Shown: positions 27,301 through 40,215, counted from the first letter of the stretch. The stretch is DNA of 59,618 bases from Chiloscyllium plagiosum (GCF_004010195.1 NC_057755.1:1849306-1908923), one strand, 5' to 3'. The notes: a model not told the origin generated them from the sequence alone. Translations and numbers: made by a program.

Positions 27301-29380
27301 TGAATGGTGAGTGGTTTGCGAATAATATCTGTAGTTAGTGATGGTGACCGGGTTTGTGATTAATATCTGTGGTTAGGGATGGCGGCCGGGTTTGTAATTA
27401 CTGTCGGGGGTAGGGATGGTAACCAGGATTGTAATTACTGTCCGAGGTTATGACTGGTGACCAGGCTTGTGGTTACCATGAGGGATTAAGGATGGTGACC
27501 GGTTTTTTCCTTGCTGTCAGGTGTTAGGAATGGTGACCAGCTTTGTGATTATCGTCAGTGATTAGGGATGATGACCAACATTGTGATAACAGTTAGGGGT
27601 TAGGGATGGTGATTGGGTTTGTGATCACTGTCCGTGGTTGTGGATGGTGACCGTATTTGTGATTATCTTCAGTGGAAGGGCATGTTGACCGGGTTTGTGA
27701 TTACCGTCAGTGATTTGGTATAGTGACCAAGTTTGTGATTACTGTCAGTGTTTAGGGATCGTGACCCGGTTTCTGACCCGATTACGGTCAGAAGTTAGGG
27801 ATAATGACCGGGTTTGTGACTACCATTAATGGTTGGGGATGTAAACTGGGTTTGTGATTAATGGAAGTGGCAGGCGTTGATGACGGGGTTTATGATTAGT
27901 GTCAGTGGGTCGGTTTTGTGATTTCTCTCAGTGGTCAAGGTTGGTGAGTGGGTTTGTAGTTACTGTCAGTGTTTAGGGATGGTGAACAGGTTTGTGATTA
28001 ATATCTGTGGTTACGGATGCTTACCGGGTTTGTGATTAATGTCGGGGTTAGGGAGGGTAAACAGGATTGTAATTACTGTCCGTGGTTAGGGATGGTGACC
28101 AGGCTTTTGGTTACCATCAGTGTTTAAGAATGATGACCGGTTTTGTGCTGCTGTCACGTGTTAGGGATGATGACCACCTTTGTGATTACAGTCTCTGATT
28201 AGGGATGGTTACCAGCCATTTGATTACTGTCTGGAGTTAGGGATAATGACCGGATTTGTGATTACTCTTAGTGGTTATGGATGGTAACCGCGTTTGTGAT
28301 TACCTTCAGTGGGAGGGCATGTTGACCGAGTTTGTGATTACCGTCAGTAGTTAGGGATGGTGACCAACATTGTGATTACCGTCAGTAGTTAGCGATGGTG
28401 ACCAACATTGTGATTACCGTCAGGAGTTAGGAATGGTGACTGGGTTGGTGATTACTGTCAGTGGATCTGAATGGTGACCGTGCTTGTGATTACCTTCAGT
28501 GGCGGACATTTTAACCGGGTTTGTGATTAACGTCAGTGATTTGGTATAGTGACGAGGTTTGGAATTACTCTCCATGGTTAGGGAAAAAGACCGGGTTTTT
28601 GATACCATAAGGGGTTAGGGATTGTGACCGTTTTTGTGATTCCTGTAATTGGTCTGGGTTGGTGACTGGGTTTGTGATTACTGTCAGTGGTCAAGGATGG
28701 TCACCGTGTTTGTGATTATCGTGAGTATTTTAGGAATGATGATCAGTTTTGAGATTACTGTCAGGGGTGACAGATGAAGACTGGATTTGTAATTACTGTT
28801 AGTGGTATGGATGGTGACCCTATTTGTGATTACATTCCGTGGTAGAGCATGTTGACCGAGTTTGTAATAACCATCATTGTTTAGGGATGATGATCAAGTT
28901 TGTGATTGCTGCTGGTGGTTAGGGATGATGACCGGGTATGTGATTACTGTCAGTGGTTAGGGATGGTGAACGGGATTGTGAGCACTGTCAGTGTTTATGG
29001 ATGATGACCCGCTTTCTGATTAGCATCAGTAATTAGGGATAATGACCGGGTTTGTGACCACCATTAATGGTGAGGGATGGTAATTGGATTTCTGATTAAT
29101 GGAAGTGGCGGGCATTGGCGAACGAGTTTGCGATTAGTGGGTTGTTTTGTGGATCGGTTTTTTGTGAAAGCAGTCAGTTGTTAGCGATGGTGACCACGTT
29201 TGTGATTACTGTCAGTGGTAGCGGATGGTAACCCGGATTGAGATTAATATCAGTGGCAGCGGATGTTGACCGGGTTTTTGATTACTCTCAGAGAAAACCG
29301 TCAGGGTTTAGGGATGGTGATCGCATTTGTGATAACAGTCAGTGGTTAGCGATGGTGACCACATTTGTGATTTCTGCCAG

Positions 29381-29410
29381 TGCGCTTTTCCAGCAACACA
29401 TTTTTAAACA
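29381..29410 (+). mobile_element. Tiny Penelope-like terminal remnant in the satellite
   Basis: tgcgcttttccagcaacacatttt is the reverse complement of aaaatgtgttgctggaaaagcgca at about 58195-58218. Confidence 0.75.
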
Positions 29411-32400
29411 TTGTTATTACCGTCAGGGGTTAGGGATGGTGACTGGGTTTGTGATTACTGTCAGTGGTTCTGGATGGTGACCGTGTTTGTAATTACCTTC
29501 AGTGGTAGGGCATGTTGCCTGGGTTTGTGATTAACGTCAGTGATTTGGTATAGTGAACAGGTTTGTGATTAATGTCCATGGTTAGGGATGGTGACCGGGT
29601 TTGTGTTACCATAAGGGGTTAGGAATTGTGACCGTGTTTTTGATTCCTGTCATTGGTCTGGGTTTGGGTTGGTGACTGGGTTTGTGAATACTGTCAGTGG
29701 TCAAGGATAGTCACCGTGTTTGTGATTATCATGAGTATTATAGGAATGATAACCAGTTTTGTGATTACTGTCAGGAGTTAGGAATGAAGACCGGATTTGT
29801 GTTTACTGTTAGTGGTTATGGATGGTGACCTTGTTTGTGATTACCTTCAGTGGTAGGTCATGTTGACCGAGTTTGTGATTTCCATCGGGGTGGGAATAGT
29901 GACCGGGTTTGTGATTACTGGCGGTGCTTAGGGACGGTAACCAAGATTTTAATTACTGTCCGTGGTTCGGGATAGTGACTGGGTCTGTAGTTACCATAAG
30001 GGATTAAGGAGAGTAACCGGTTTTTTTGCTTACTGTCAGGTATTAGGGATGGTGACCAGGTTTGTGATTACTGTCAGGTGTTCGGGATGCTGACCAGCAT
30101 TGTGTTTGCTCTCAATGGTTACTGATGATGACCGGGTTTGTCATTAATGTCAGCGATCAAGGATGGTCACCATTTTTGTGATTACCGTCAGTGGTTATAG
30201 ATTGTGACCAGGTTTGTGATTACTCTCTGTGGTTAAGAATGGGTACCAGATTTGTGATTTCTGTTAGTGGTTAAGGATGGTGACTGGGGTTGTAATTACT
30301 GTCAGTGATAAGCTTTGGCAACCGGCTTTGTGATTACTGTCAGGGATGGTTAGGGATGGTGACCATGCATGTGATTACCGTGAGGGTTTAAGGATGGTGA
30401 CCGGGTTTGTGATGACAGTCAATGGTTAACGATGGTGGCCGGGTTTGTGATCATTACCAGTGGTAGCGGATGGTGACCCGGATTGTGATTACTGTCGGTG
30501 GTCAGGGATAGTGAGCGGGTTTCTGATTACCATCAGGGATTAGGGATGCTGACCGGGTTTGTGACTACCATCAAGATTTAGGGATGGTAGCCGGATTTGT
30601 GATTAATGAAAGTGGCAGGCGATGGTGACCGTGTTTGAGATTAGTGTCAGTGATTAGGGAAGGTGTCGGATTTGTGAAAACCGTCATGGTTTAGGGATGG
30701 TGATCGAGTTTGTGATAACAGCGATTGGTTAGCGGTGGTGAACACGTTTGTGATTACTGTTAGTGGTTAGAGATGGTGGAAGGGTTTCTGTTTGCCGTCA
30801 TGGGTTAGGGATGTTGTCCAGGTCTTTGTCTACCATCAAGGGTTAGGGATGGTAAGTAGGTTTGTGATTAATGGAAGTAGCTGGCGACGGCATCCGGGTT
30901 TGTGATTAGTGTCAGTGTTTATGGATGGTGACTGGTTTTGTGAATGCGGTCAGGGGGTAGGGATGGTGACCGGTTTTGTGATTTATCTCACTGGTCAAGT
31001 TTGGTGACAGGGTTTGTGGTTACTATCAGTGGTTAGGAATGGTGACCAGGTTTGCAATTAATGTCTGTGGTTAGGGTGGAAACCGGGTTTGTGATTAATG
31101 TCGGTGTTCGTGATGGTAACCAGGATTCTGTTTAGTGTCCGTGGTTCGGGATGGTGATAGGGTTTGTGATTACTATCAGGGATTAATGATAGTAACCGGT
31201 GTTTTTGCTTACTGTCAGGTCTTAGCGATGGTGACCACGTTTGTGATTAATGTCTGTGGTTAGGAATGGTGACTGTGTTAGCGATTACCATCAGTGGTCA
31301 AGGATGGTGACTGGGTTTGTGATTACAGTCTGTAGTTTGCGCTGGTAGCCGGGTTTACGATTACTGTCGGGGGTTGGGGATGGTAACCAGGATTTTAATT
31401 GCAGTCCATGATTAGGGGTGGTGACCACGTTTGTGATTATCGTCAGGGATTAAGAATGATGACCGGTTTTGTGCTTACTGTCAGGTGTTAGGAATGGTGA
31501 TCAGCTTTGCGGTTACTGTCAGTTTTCACAATGGTGACCACGTTTGTGATTACTGTCAGTGGTAAGGGATGGTGACCAGCATTGTGATTACTGTCATGGG
31601 CTAGGAATTATGACCAGGTTTGTGATTGCTGTTAGTGACTTTCTATGGTGACCGGGATGTGATTACTGTCAGGGTGAGGCATGGTGACTGGATTTGTGAT
31701 TACTGTCAATAGTTCTAGATGGTGACTGTGTTTCTCATAACCTTCAGTGGTAGGGGATATTCACCGGGTTCGTGATTATAGTCAGTGGGTTGGGATAGTG
31801 ACGGTGTTTGTGATTACTGTCAAGGGTTAGGGATTATGGTGACTGGGATGTGATTACTGTCAGGGGTTATGGCTGATGACTTGAATTGTGATTACTGTCA
31901 GTAGTTCTGGATGGTGACCGTGTTTGTGATTAACTTCTGATTTAGGGGATATTGACCGGGTTTGTGATTACAGTCAGTGGTTTGTGATAGTGACCATGTT
32001 TGTGATTACTGTCTGTGGTTCGGGATGATGACCGGGTGTGTGATTACAGTCAGTCGTTAAGGATGTGACAAGTTTGTAATTACTATCAGTAGTATGTTGC
32101 TAACTGATTTTCTGATTACTGTCATTGGTGTTGGATGATGACCAGGTTTGTGATCAACGTCAATGGATAAGGATGGTGACTGGCATTGACATTATTGTCA
32201 GTGCTCAGGGATGTTAACAGTGTTTGTGATTACTGACAGTGTTTAGGAATGATCACCTGGATTGTGATAACCATCAGTGATAAGGGATGTTCACAGGGCT
32301 TGTGATAACTGTCAGTGGTTCTGGATGGTGACGAGGTTTTGTGATTACAGTCAGGGGTTAGTGATGGTGACTAGGTCTGTGATTACTGTCAGTGGTTAGG

Positions 32401-33723
32401 GATTGAGACGGGGTTTATGGTTACTGCCTTTGGGAAGGGTGACCCGGTGTGAGATTCCTGTTAGAAGTTATAGGATAGTTACCGGGTGTGTGATTACTTA
32501 CAAGGTTTATGACTAATCACCGGGTTTGTGATTACCGTCAAAGTTTAGGGATGGTGACTGGGTCTGTGATTAATGTAAAGTGTTTGGGATAAGGAGCGGG
32601 TTTGGTTTTACTGTTTGTTGTTAGGAATGTTGATTGGGTTTGTGACTACCACCAGTCATCAGGCATGGTGTCCGATTTTGTGATTTTTGTCAGTGGTTAA
32701 GTGGTGACCGGTTTCGTGATTACATCAGATGTTAGAGATGTTGCAGATGTTTGTGCTACATGTCAGGAGTTCTGGATGGTGACCAGGTTTGTATTACTGT
32801 CAGATGGTTGGGATGGTGACCCGGTTTGTGATTACTGTCATGGCTTAAGGATGGCGACCCGGTTTATGATTTTGTCAGTGGTTACAGATAGTGACCGTGT
32901 TTGTTATTATTGTCAGTGGCTAGGTATTGTGACTGTGTCTGTGAATGCGTTCAGTGGTTAAGGGATGTTGACGAAGTTTGTGATTTCTTTTAGGGGTTAG
33001 GGATGGTTACCGGGTTTGGAATAGTGACTAGGTCTGAGATTACGTTCAGTGGTTAGGGATGATTACTAGATGTGTGATTATTGTCAGTCATTAGTGATGG
33101 CGATTAGTTTGTGATTACTGTCGGCGGTTCGTGATGGTGACCGGGTATGTGATTACCGTCAGGGGTTAGTGATGGTGACGGTTTTTGTGATTCCTGTAAT
33201 TGGTCTGGGTTGGTGACTGTGTTTGTGATTACTCTCAGTGGTCAAGGATAGTGGCCGTGTTTGTGATTATCGTCATTGTATGAGGAATGATTACCAGTTT
33301 TGTGATTACTGTCAGTGGTTGGGGATGCTGATCTGATTTGTGATAACGGTCGGTGGTCAGGGAAGTTGACCGGGTTTGTGGCTAGTGTCCATGGTTAGGG
33401 ATGATGACCAGTTCTGTGATTACTCTCAGTGGTTAGGGATGCTTACTTGATTTGTGATAACTGTCAGTGGTCAGGGATGGTGACCGGATTTTTATTGCTG
33501 TCAGTGGTTAGGGATGGTGACCAGGTTTGTGATTACTATCAGTGGTAGCGGATGGTGACTGGGTTTGTGATTACAGTCGGTGGTCAGCGATGGTGACTGG
33601 GTTTGTTATCACTGTCAGTGGTTTGGAAGGTGACCAGATTTGTGATTAGCATCAGTAGTTTGAGATGGTTACCGTGTTGGAGATCACCGTTATTGGTTTG
33701 AGCTAGTGATCGAGCTTGTGCTT

Positions 33724-34040
33724 GGTGGGGGGCACAGTGGTTAGCACTGCTGCCTCACAGCGCCAGAGACCCGGGTTCAATTCCCGCCTCAGGCGACTGA
33801 CTGTGTGGAGTTTGCATGTTCTCCCCGTGTCTGCGTGGGTTTCCTCCGGGTGCTCCGGTTTCCTCCCACTGTCCAAAGATGTGCAGGTCAGGTGACTTGG
33901 CCACGCTAAATTGCCCGTATTGTTAGGTATAGGGGTAAATGTAGGGGTATGGGTGGGTTGCGCTTCGGCGGGTTGGTGTGGACTTGTTGGGCCGAAGGAC
34001 CTGTTTTCACACTGCAATGTAATCTAATCTAAAATCTAAT
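33724..34040 (+). mobile_element. Young, full-length HE1-type SINE inserted in the satellite
   Basis: ggcacagtggttagcactgctgcctcacagcgccagagacccgggttcaattcc (A and B boxes), conserved core and (aatct)n tail. Interrupts a unit at gagcttgtg|cagtcaatg. Confidence 0.95.
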
Positions 34041-36076
34041 CAGTCAATGTGAAGGGATCCTGACTGGGTTTATGATTACTGTCAGCAGTAGCAATGGTGA
34101 ACGGGTTTGTGATCACCGCCAGTGGTATGGAAGGTGACCGGATTTGTGAATGCCGTCAGTGTTTTGGGACAGTGAACGGGTTTGTGATCACCATCAGTCG
34201 TTTGGGATAGTGATCGAGCTTCTGATTAAGTCAGTAGAAAGGGATGTTGACTGGGTTTGTGATTACTGTCAGTAGTCAGGTTTGCTAACTGGCTTTGAGA
34301 TTATTATCAGTGGTTAGGGATGATGACCAGTTTTGAGATTACTCTCAGCGGTTAGGGATGCTGACCGGATTTGTAATAACTGTCAGTGGTCAGGGAAGAT
34401 GACCGGGTTTTTATTGCTTATTGTTGTTAGTGATACTGACCAGGTTTGCGATTACTGTCAGTGGTAGCGGATGGTGACTGGGTTTGTGATTACAGTCAAT
34501 GGTCAGCGATCGTGACCGGGTTTATGATCAGCGTCAGTGGTGTGGAACGTGACCGGATTTGTGATTACCGCCAGTGGTTTGAGATGGTGACCGGGTTTGT
34601 GATCACCGTCAGTGGTTTGGCATTGTGGTCGAGCTTGTGATTACAGTCAATGGGAAGGGATGGTGACTGGATTTGTGATTACTGTCAGTGATAGCGGATG
34701 GTGACTGGATTTGTGATTACAAGTCAGTGGTCAGCGATCGTGACCGGGTTTGTCATCACCGTCAGTGGTATGGAAGGTTACCGGATTTGTGATTGCCGTC
34801 GGAAGTCTGCGATGTTGACCGGGTTTGTGATCACCGTTGGTGGTTTGGCGTAGTGATCGAGCTTGTGATTACAGTGGGAAGGGATTGTGACTGGGTTTGT
34901 GATTACTGTCAGTGGTGGCCGATGGTGACAGGGTTTGTGATTACAGTCAGTGTTCAGAAATGGTGACCGGGTTTGCGATCACTGTCAGTGTTTTTGAAGG
35001 TGACTGGATTTGTTATTACTGTCAGTGGTTTGAGATGGTGACCGGGTTTGTGATTACTGTCAGTGGTATGGGATAGTGATCAAGCTTGTGATTACAATCG
35101 TTGGGAAGGGATGTTGACTGGGTTTGTGATTACTCTCACTAGTCAGGTACGCTAACTGGCTTTGTGCTTACCGTCAGTGGTTTGGGATGATGACCAGGTT
35201 TGTGATTACAGTCAGTGTTTAGGGATGGTGACCTGGTGTGTGATAAACATCACATTTTAGGGATGGTGACTGGGTTTGATGTCAGTGATTAGGATTGGTG
35301 ACCAGAATTATGATTACTCTCAGCGGTTTTGGATGGTGATCAGGTTTGTGATTACAGTCATAGCTTAGGAATGGTGACCAGGTTTATGATTCTGTCAGTG
35401 CTTACAGATAGTGACCCTGTTTGTGGTTACTGTCAGTGGTTAGGCATTGTGATTGGGTCTGTGATTACGTTCAGTAGTTATGATGTTGACGAGGTTTGTG
35501 ATTTCTGTCAGGGGTTAGCGATGGCGACCGGATTTGTGATTACTGTCAGTGGTCAGGGACGGTTACCGGCTTTGTGATTGCTGTCAGTGTATAGGGATAG
35601 CGGCCTGGTTTGTGATTACTGTCAGGGGTTAGGGATGATGACCGGATTTGTGATTACTGTGAATGATTTGGAATGGTGACAGTGTTTGTGATTTCTGTCA
35701 GTGGTAGTGGATGGTGACCAGAATTGTGATCACTGTCAAAGTTTAAGGATGGTGACAGGATTTGTGATTGCAGTCAATGGTTAAGAATGGTGACCCGGAT
35801 TGTGACTACTGACCTTATTTGTGATAACGGTCGGTGGTCAGGGAAGTTGACCGGGTTTGTGACTACTGTCCGTGGTTAGAGATGATGACCAGTTTTATGA
35901 TTACTCTCAGTGGCGAGAAATGCCTCCCGGATTTGTGAGTGGTGAGGATTGGTGACCGGGTTTTTTTTTATTACAGTCAGTGGTGAGGGATGGTGACCAG
36001 GTTTGTAATTACTGTTAATGGTAGTGGATGATGACCGGGTTTGTGATTACAGTCAGTGGTCAGCGATGGTGATCGT

Positions 36077-36236
36077 TGTTGTGGTTCTGTTCGCCGAGCT
36101 GGAAGTTTTTGTTGCAAACGTTTCGTCCCCTGGCTAGGCGACATCATCAGTGCTTGGGAGCCTCCTGCGAAGCGCTTCTTTGATATTTCCTCCGGTGTTT
36201 ATAGTGGTCTGTCCATACAATCTTCGCACAAACTTT
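36077..36236 (-). mobile_element. Penelope-like terminal fragment (second family) inserted in the satellite, flanked by a 12-bp direct repeat
   Basis: Non-satellite 160 bp flanked by GATGGTGATCGT at 36065-36076 and 36237-36248; contains a hammerhead core on the minus strand. Confidence 0.8.
36113..36153 (-). ncRNA. Minimal hammerhead ribozyme motif (PLE-type)
   Basis: Minus strand: gca CUGAUGA u gucgccuagccaggggac GAAA c GUU ugc. Both core boxes intact, stem II guc/gac, stem I gca/ugc, NUH cleavage triplet. Confidence 0.7.
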
Positions 36237-38699
36237 GATGGTGATCGTGTTTGTGATCACCATCAGTGGTATGGAAGGTGACTGCATTTGAGATTACCGT
36301 AAATGGTTTGAGATGGTGACGGTGTTTGTGATCACCGTCAGTGGTTTGGGATCGTGATCGAGTTTGTGATTACAGTCAGTATAAAGGGATGGTGACTGGG
36401 TTTGTGATTACTGTCAGTAGTCAGGTATGCTAACTGGCTTTGTGATTACTATCAGTGGTTTGGGATGATGACCAGGTTTGTGATTACCGTCAATGGGTAG
36501 GGATGGTGACCGGCATTGTCATGACTTTCAGTGCTCAGGGATGTTAACAGTGTTTGTGATTACTGTCAGTGGTTAGGGAAGGTCACCGGGATTGTGATGA
36601 CCATCGGTGGTTAGGGATGGTGACCGTGTTTGTGATTACTCTCAGTGGTTTGGGATGGTGACCTGGATTGTGATTACTGTCAGCGGTTAGGGATGGTGAA
36701 TCGGTTTCTGATTACCGTCAGTAGTTACGGATGATGACCGGGTTTGTGACTACCATTAAGGGTCCGGGATGATAACTGGGTTTTTGATTAATGGAATTGG
36801 CTGGCATTGATGACCGGCTTTATGATTAATGCCACTGGTTATGGATGGTGACTGGTTTTGTGATTGTTTTAAGGGGGTATGAATGGTGACCAGGTTTATG
36901 ATTAATATCTGTCGTTAGGAATGGGGACCGGATTTGTGATTACTGTCGGGGCTAGGGATGATAACCAGGATTGTAATTACTGTCCGTGGTTAGGAATAGT
37001 GACCAGGCTCTTGTTTACCATCAGGGATTAAGGATGGTGAACAGTTTTTTTGCTTGCTGTCATGTGTTAGGAATGGTGACCAGCTTTGTGATTACCGTCA
37101 GTGATTAGGGATGATGACCAACATTGTGATTACTGTCCTGGTTATGGATGGTGACCGTATTTGTGATTATCATCAAATGTAAGGCATGTTGACCGGGTTT
37201 GTGATTACCGTCAGTACTTTGGTATAGTGACCAAGTTTGTGATTACTGCCTGTGGTTAGGGATGATGACTGGATATGTGATTACTGTCAGTGTTTATGAA
37301 TGGTGACTTGGATTGGGATTGCTGTCAGTGGTTAGGGATGGTGACACGGTTTCTGATTACCATCAGAAGTTAGGTATAAATACCGGGTTTGTGACTACCA
37401 TTAATGGTTAGGGATGGTAACTGGGTTTGTGATTAATGGAAGTAGTGGGTGTTGGTGACCGGGCTTGTGATTAGTGTCAGTGGGTAGGGATGGGGATCGG
37501 TTTTGTGATTTCTTTCAGTGGTCAAGGTTGGTGACCGGGTTTGTAGTTAATGTCAGTGTTTAGGGATGGTGACCAGGTTTGTGATTAATATCCGTGGTTA
37601 CAGATGCTGCCCGGATTTGTATTTATTGCTAGTGGTCAGGGATGTTGACCAGGTATGTGAAAACCGTCAGTGTTCGGGATGGTATCCACGTTTGTGATAA
37701 CAGTCAGTGGTTAGCAATAGTGACCAAGTTTGTGATTACTGTCAGTGGTAGCGGACGTTGAGCGGGTTTGAGATTACTGTCAGGGAAAACCGTCAGGGTT
37801 TAGGGATCGTGACTGGATTTGTGATAACAGTCAGTGGTTAGCGATGGTGACCACGTTTGTGATTACTACAGGCATAATCTCCCAGGCACTTTCAAGGATC
37901 CAAACGCATCATTCTCTGAAGATTTGCAATGGGTCCAAACACAGACTGCTACTGGTTTTCCGATGCCAATGATGGCCTCAACATTCAGAAGCCAATCTTA
38001 ATGCTGAAGAAAACATTGCTGCATTTTTAAATTTGATTTTATGCTTCCTAGGTGTGATGTGGAAATGTGGGAGATGAACACAGATCTCCTGGATCCATGG
38101 GACCAAACAGCCCTCAGCAGCATTCCTGCTAATTTTAAGGTCTTTAAGAGTAACCCAGGGGGTGAGAATCAGCTGAAGAATAGTGTTTCCTCAGGGATAA
38201 AAGAACAGGCGAAAAGCCTTAAGTTGGACACAATTGACAGAAATGCCTCCATCTCAGGGACATGAGGGGAAACAATCTGATCATTTTAGGCAGTTGATCA
38301 GTCTATTAAATATTTGCCTGTAACACGTACCTCACCTGCCACAAGGCTTCATTCATTCTCTAGGAGTTCAATAAAGGTGGCATTGTCCCATAGTCAAGAC
38401 TGGAAGGGATCCAACATCTCATGGTGTGTTCGTGTATTCAGTATTAACACTGCACGTAACTGAACGTTCAAGTTTCAGTCTGCAACACAACAATATACAT
38501 GGTGCAAACTGCTTACTGTCCAAATTTCAGTTGTCCCACACTATGGATATTGTATGTCCGTAGAGAGTACACGCTTTGCAGACTGTAGAGTGTCCAAACT
38601 TCAGCCGATCCACACAGTAGTCCTGAATTTCTTTTCACAATGCAGTAGCTGAATGCTGCTGAGTACTCAAATATCAGTTATCCCGCGCTATTGATAATG

Positions 38700-38946
38700 T
38701 ATTAATGTACATTGTGTCTGTTTGTACGAGTGTTTGGGTACGTGAGCATGTGTGTGTGTGTTTGTGTGCGTGTCTTGTGATTGTATTAATGGGTGAATAT
38801 ATTGTCTGTGTGTGTCTGCTTGTATGACAGTGACAGTGTCTCTGGTTGACTAAGTGCATATTTGTTCACATGTGTGAGCACGTGTGAATTAATGTATGTG
38901 AGTGAGTGTGTACATGTGTGTGTGTGTGAGAGAGAGAGAGTGAGAG
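38700..38946. repeat. Degenerate (TG)n/(AG)n microsatellite region
   Basis: Direct inspection; runs into the gap. Confidence 0.9.
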
Positions 38947-39337
38947 NNNNNNNNNNNNNNNNNNNNNNNNNNNNNNNNNNNNNNNNNNNNNNNNNNNNNN
39001 NNNNNNNNNNNNNNNNNNNNNNNNNNNNNNNNNNNNNNNNNNNNNNNNNNNNNNNNNNNNNNNNNNNNNNNNNNNNNNNNNNNNNNNNNNNNNNNNNNNN
39101 NNNNNNNNNNNNNNNNNNNNNNNNNNNNNNNNNNNNNNNNNNNNNNNNNNNNNNNNNNNNNNNNNNNNNNNNNNNNNNNNNNNNNNNNNNNNNNNNNNNN
39201 NNNNNNNNNNNNNNNNNNNNNNNNNNNNNNNNNNNNNNNNNNNNNNNNNNNNNNNNNNNNNNNNNNNNNNNNNNNNNNNNNNNNNNNNNNNNNNNNNNNN
39301 NNNNNNNNNNNNNNNNNNNNNNNNNNNNNNNNNNNNN
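38947..39337. other. Assembly gap (391 N)
   Basis: Run of n. Confidence 1.
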
Positions 39338-39342
39338 TTTCA

Positions 39343-39672
39343 TAGATGGAGAGGGGTGTTGGGGCCTGAGGGGATTACAGAGATTGGGAGGACTGCAGGA
39401 ATTGGAGGAGGTGACAGAGATAAGGAAGACAGTATTGTCTGGAAGCCGTTAATGAGATAAGGAGGGAACTGGAGGATGTTACAGAAAAAAAATGTGTTGA
39501 GGCTGAATGAGATTACAGAGAAAGGGAGGGGTGTAGGCAGGGAGAAAAGTACAGAGGTATGGAGGTGGTCGGGGCTGGAGGAGGTTACAGAGATAGAGAG
39601 GGTGTAGGGTCCAGAGAAGGATACAAAGATGGAGAGCTTTAGGGGCTGGAGGATGCTGTAGAGATCGGGAGG
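39343..39672 (+). repeat. Degenerate purine-rich minisatellite, about 37-bp unit (acagagatagggaggggtgtaggggctggaggaggtt-like)
   Basis: Repeated ggaggaggttacagagatag / ggggctggagga motifs. Confidence 0.8.
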
Positions 39673-39934
39673 ACAACCAGTGTCTTCCCGACAATTCCTT
39701 TTGACAGATCTGGAAAACGTGATTTTCTTTGACACAACAATGCCAGCACTAATCCATCAGATTATTTTCGATGTAGCCAGTTTTCACATCCAATACATTT
39801 TAATTACATTTCCATAAATCTGATGTCCGCTCAATCGTTTTGTATTTCAGTGTTATTTTATTTCTTCCCTTCATTTCTTAAACTTCGTTGTCACAATTTC
39901 AGAAAGAAAAATACAGTTCTGGTATTGGAAAACA

Positions 39935-40215
39935 TCAGCAAAGTGGAGAATTGGCCGAAATCTGGGATCTGTGATGCTCTGGATCCCTGCCGAGGAGGTG
40001 AAGATGGGTCATCCACTCGGCATTTCTGGATGAAGATTGCTGTAAATGCTTCAGCCTTAACTTTTTTACTGATCTGCTGGGCTCGTCCATTATTGAGGAT
40101 GGGGGTGGAGCCGCCGCCTCCAGTGAGTTGTAGAATTTTCCACCACGATTCCCGACTGTATGTGGCAGGATTGCAGAGCTTACATCTGTTCTGTCCATGG
40201 TGGTATCTCTTAGCT
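39935..40215 (-). mobile_element. LINE (CR1/L2 group) ORF2 internal fragment
   Basis: Frameshifted minus-strand translation resembles the LINE linker WW..IxQLTGGG..PILN....KAEAF..IFxQKCRVDDPS. Confidence 0.6.

Larger units (their letters stand above)
12634..37867 (+). repeat. About 25.2 kb tandem satellite array, 38-bp unit, consensus GGTTTGTGATTACTGTCAGTGGTTAGGGATGGTGACCG (roughly 650 diverged units)
   Basis: Continuous head-to-tail recurrence of GTGATTACTGTCAG and GGTTAGGGATGGTGACC with 37-38 nt period. G/T-rich + strand, single orientation throughout. Unit count estimated as length divided by 38. Confidence 0.97.

Noticed and set aside
33724..33790. tRNA gene
   Set aside because: The A and B boxes are the head of an HE1 SINE followed by SINE core and tail; the same applies at 9660 and 45685.
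12634..37867. CRISPR-like array
   Set aside because: Units are contiguous with no unique spacers, there are no cas genes, and the context is eukaryotic.
12634..37867. Repetitive protein-coding ORFs (MVTGFVITVSG / DGDRVCDYCQWLG)
   Set aside because: The 38-nt period is not a multiple of 3, the consensus contains stops, and all ORFs are short translation by-products.
12634..37867. V(D)J recombination signal array (GGTTTGTG nonamer-like, CAC heptamer-like)
   Set aside because: No CACAGTG heptamer at 12 or 23 nt from the nonamer-like word, and no V, D or J segments nearby.
12634..37867. True telomere or interstitial (TTAGGG)n tract
   Set aside because: Only one hexamer per 38-bp unit; no tandem TTAGGG runs.
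38786..39452. Long ORFs of 185 and 196 aa
   Set aside because: Artefacts of the N gap and microsatellite.
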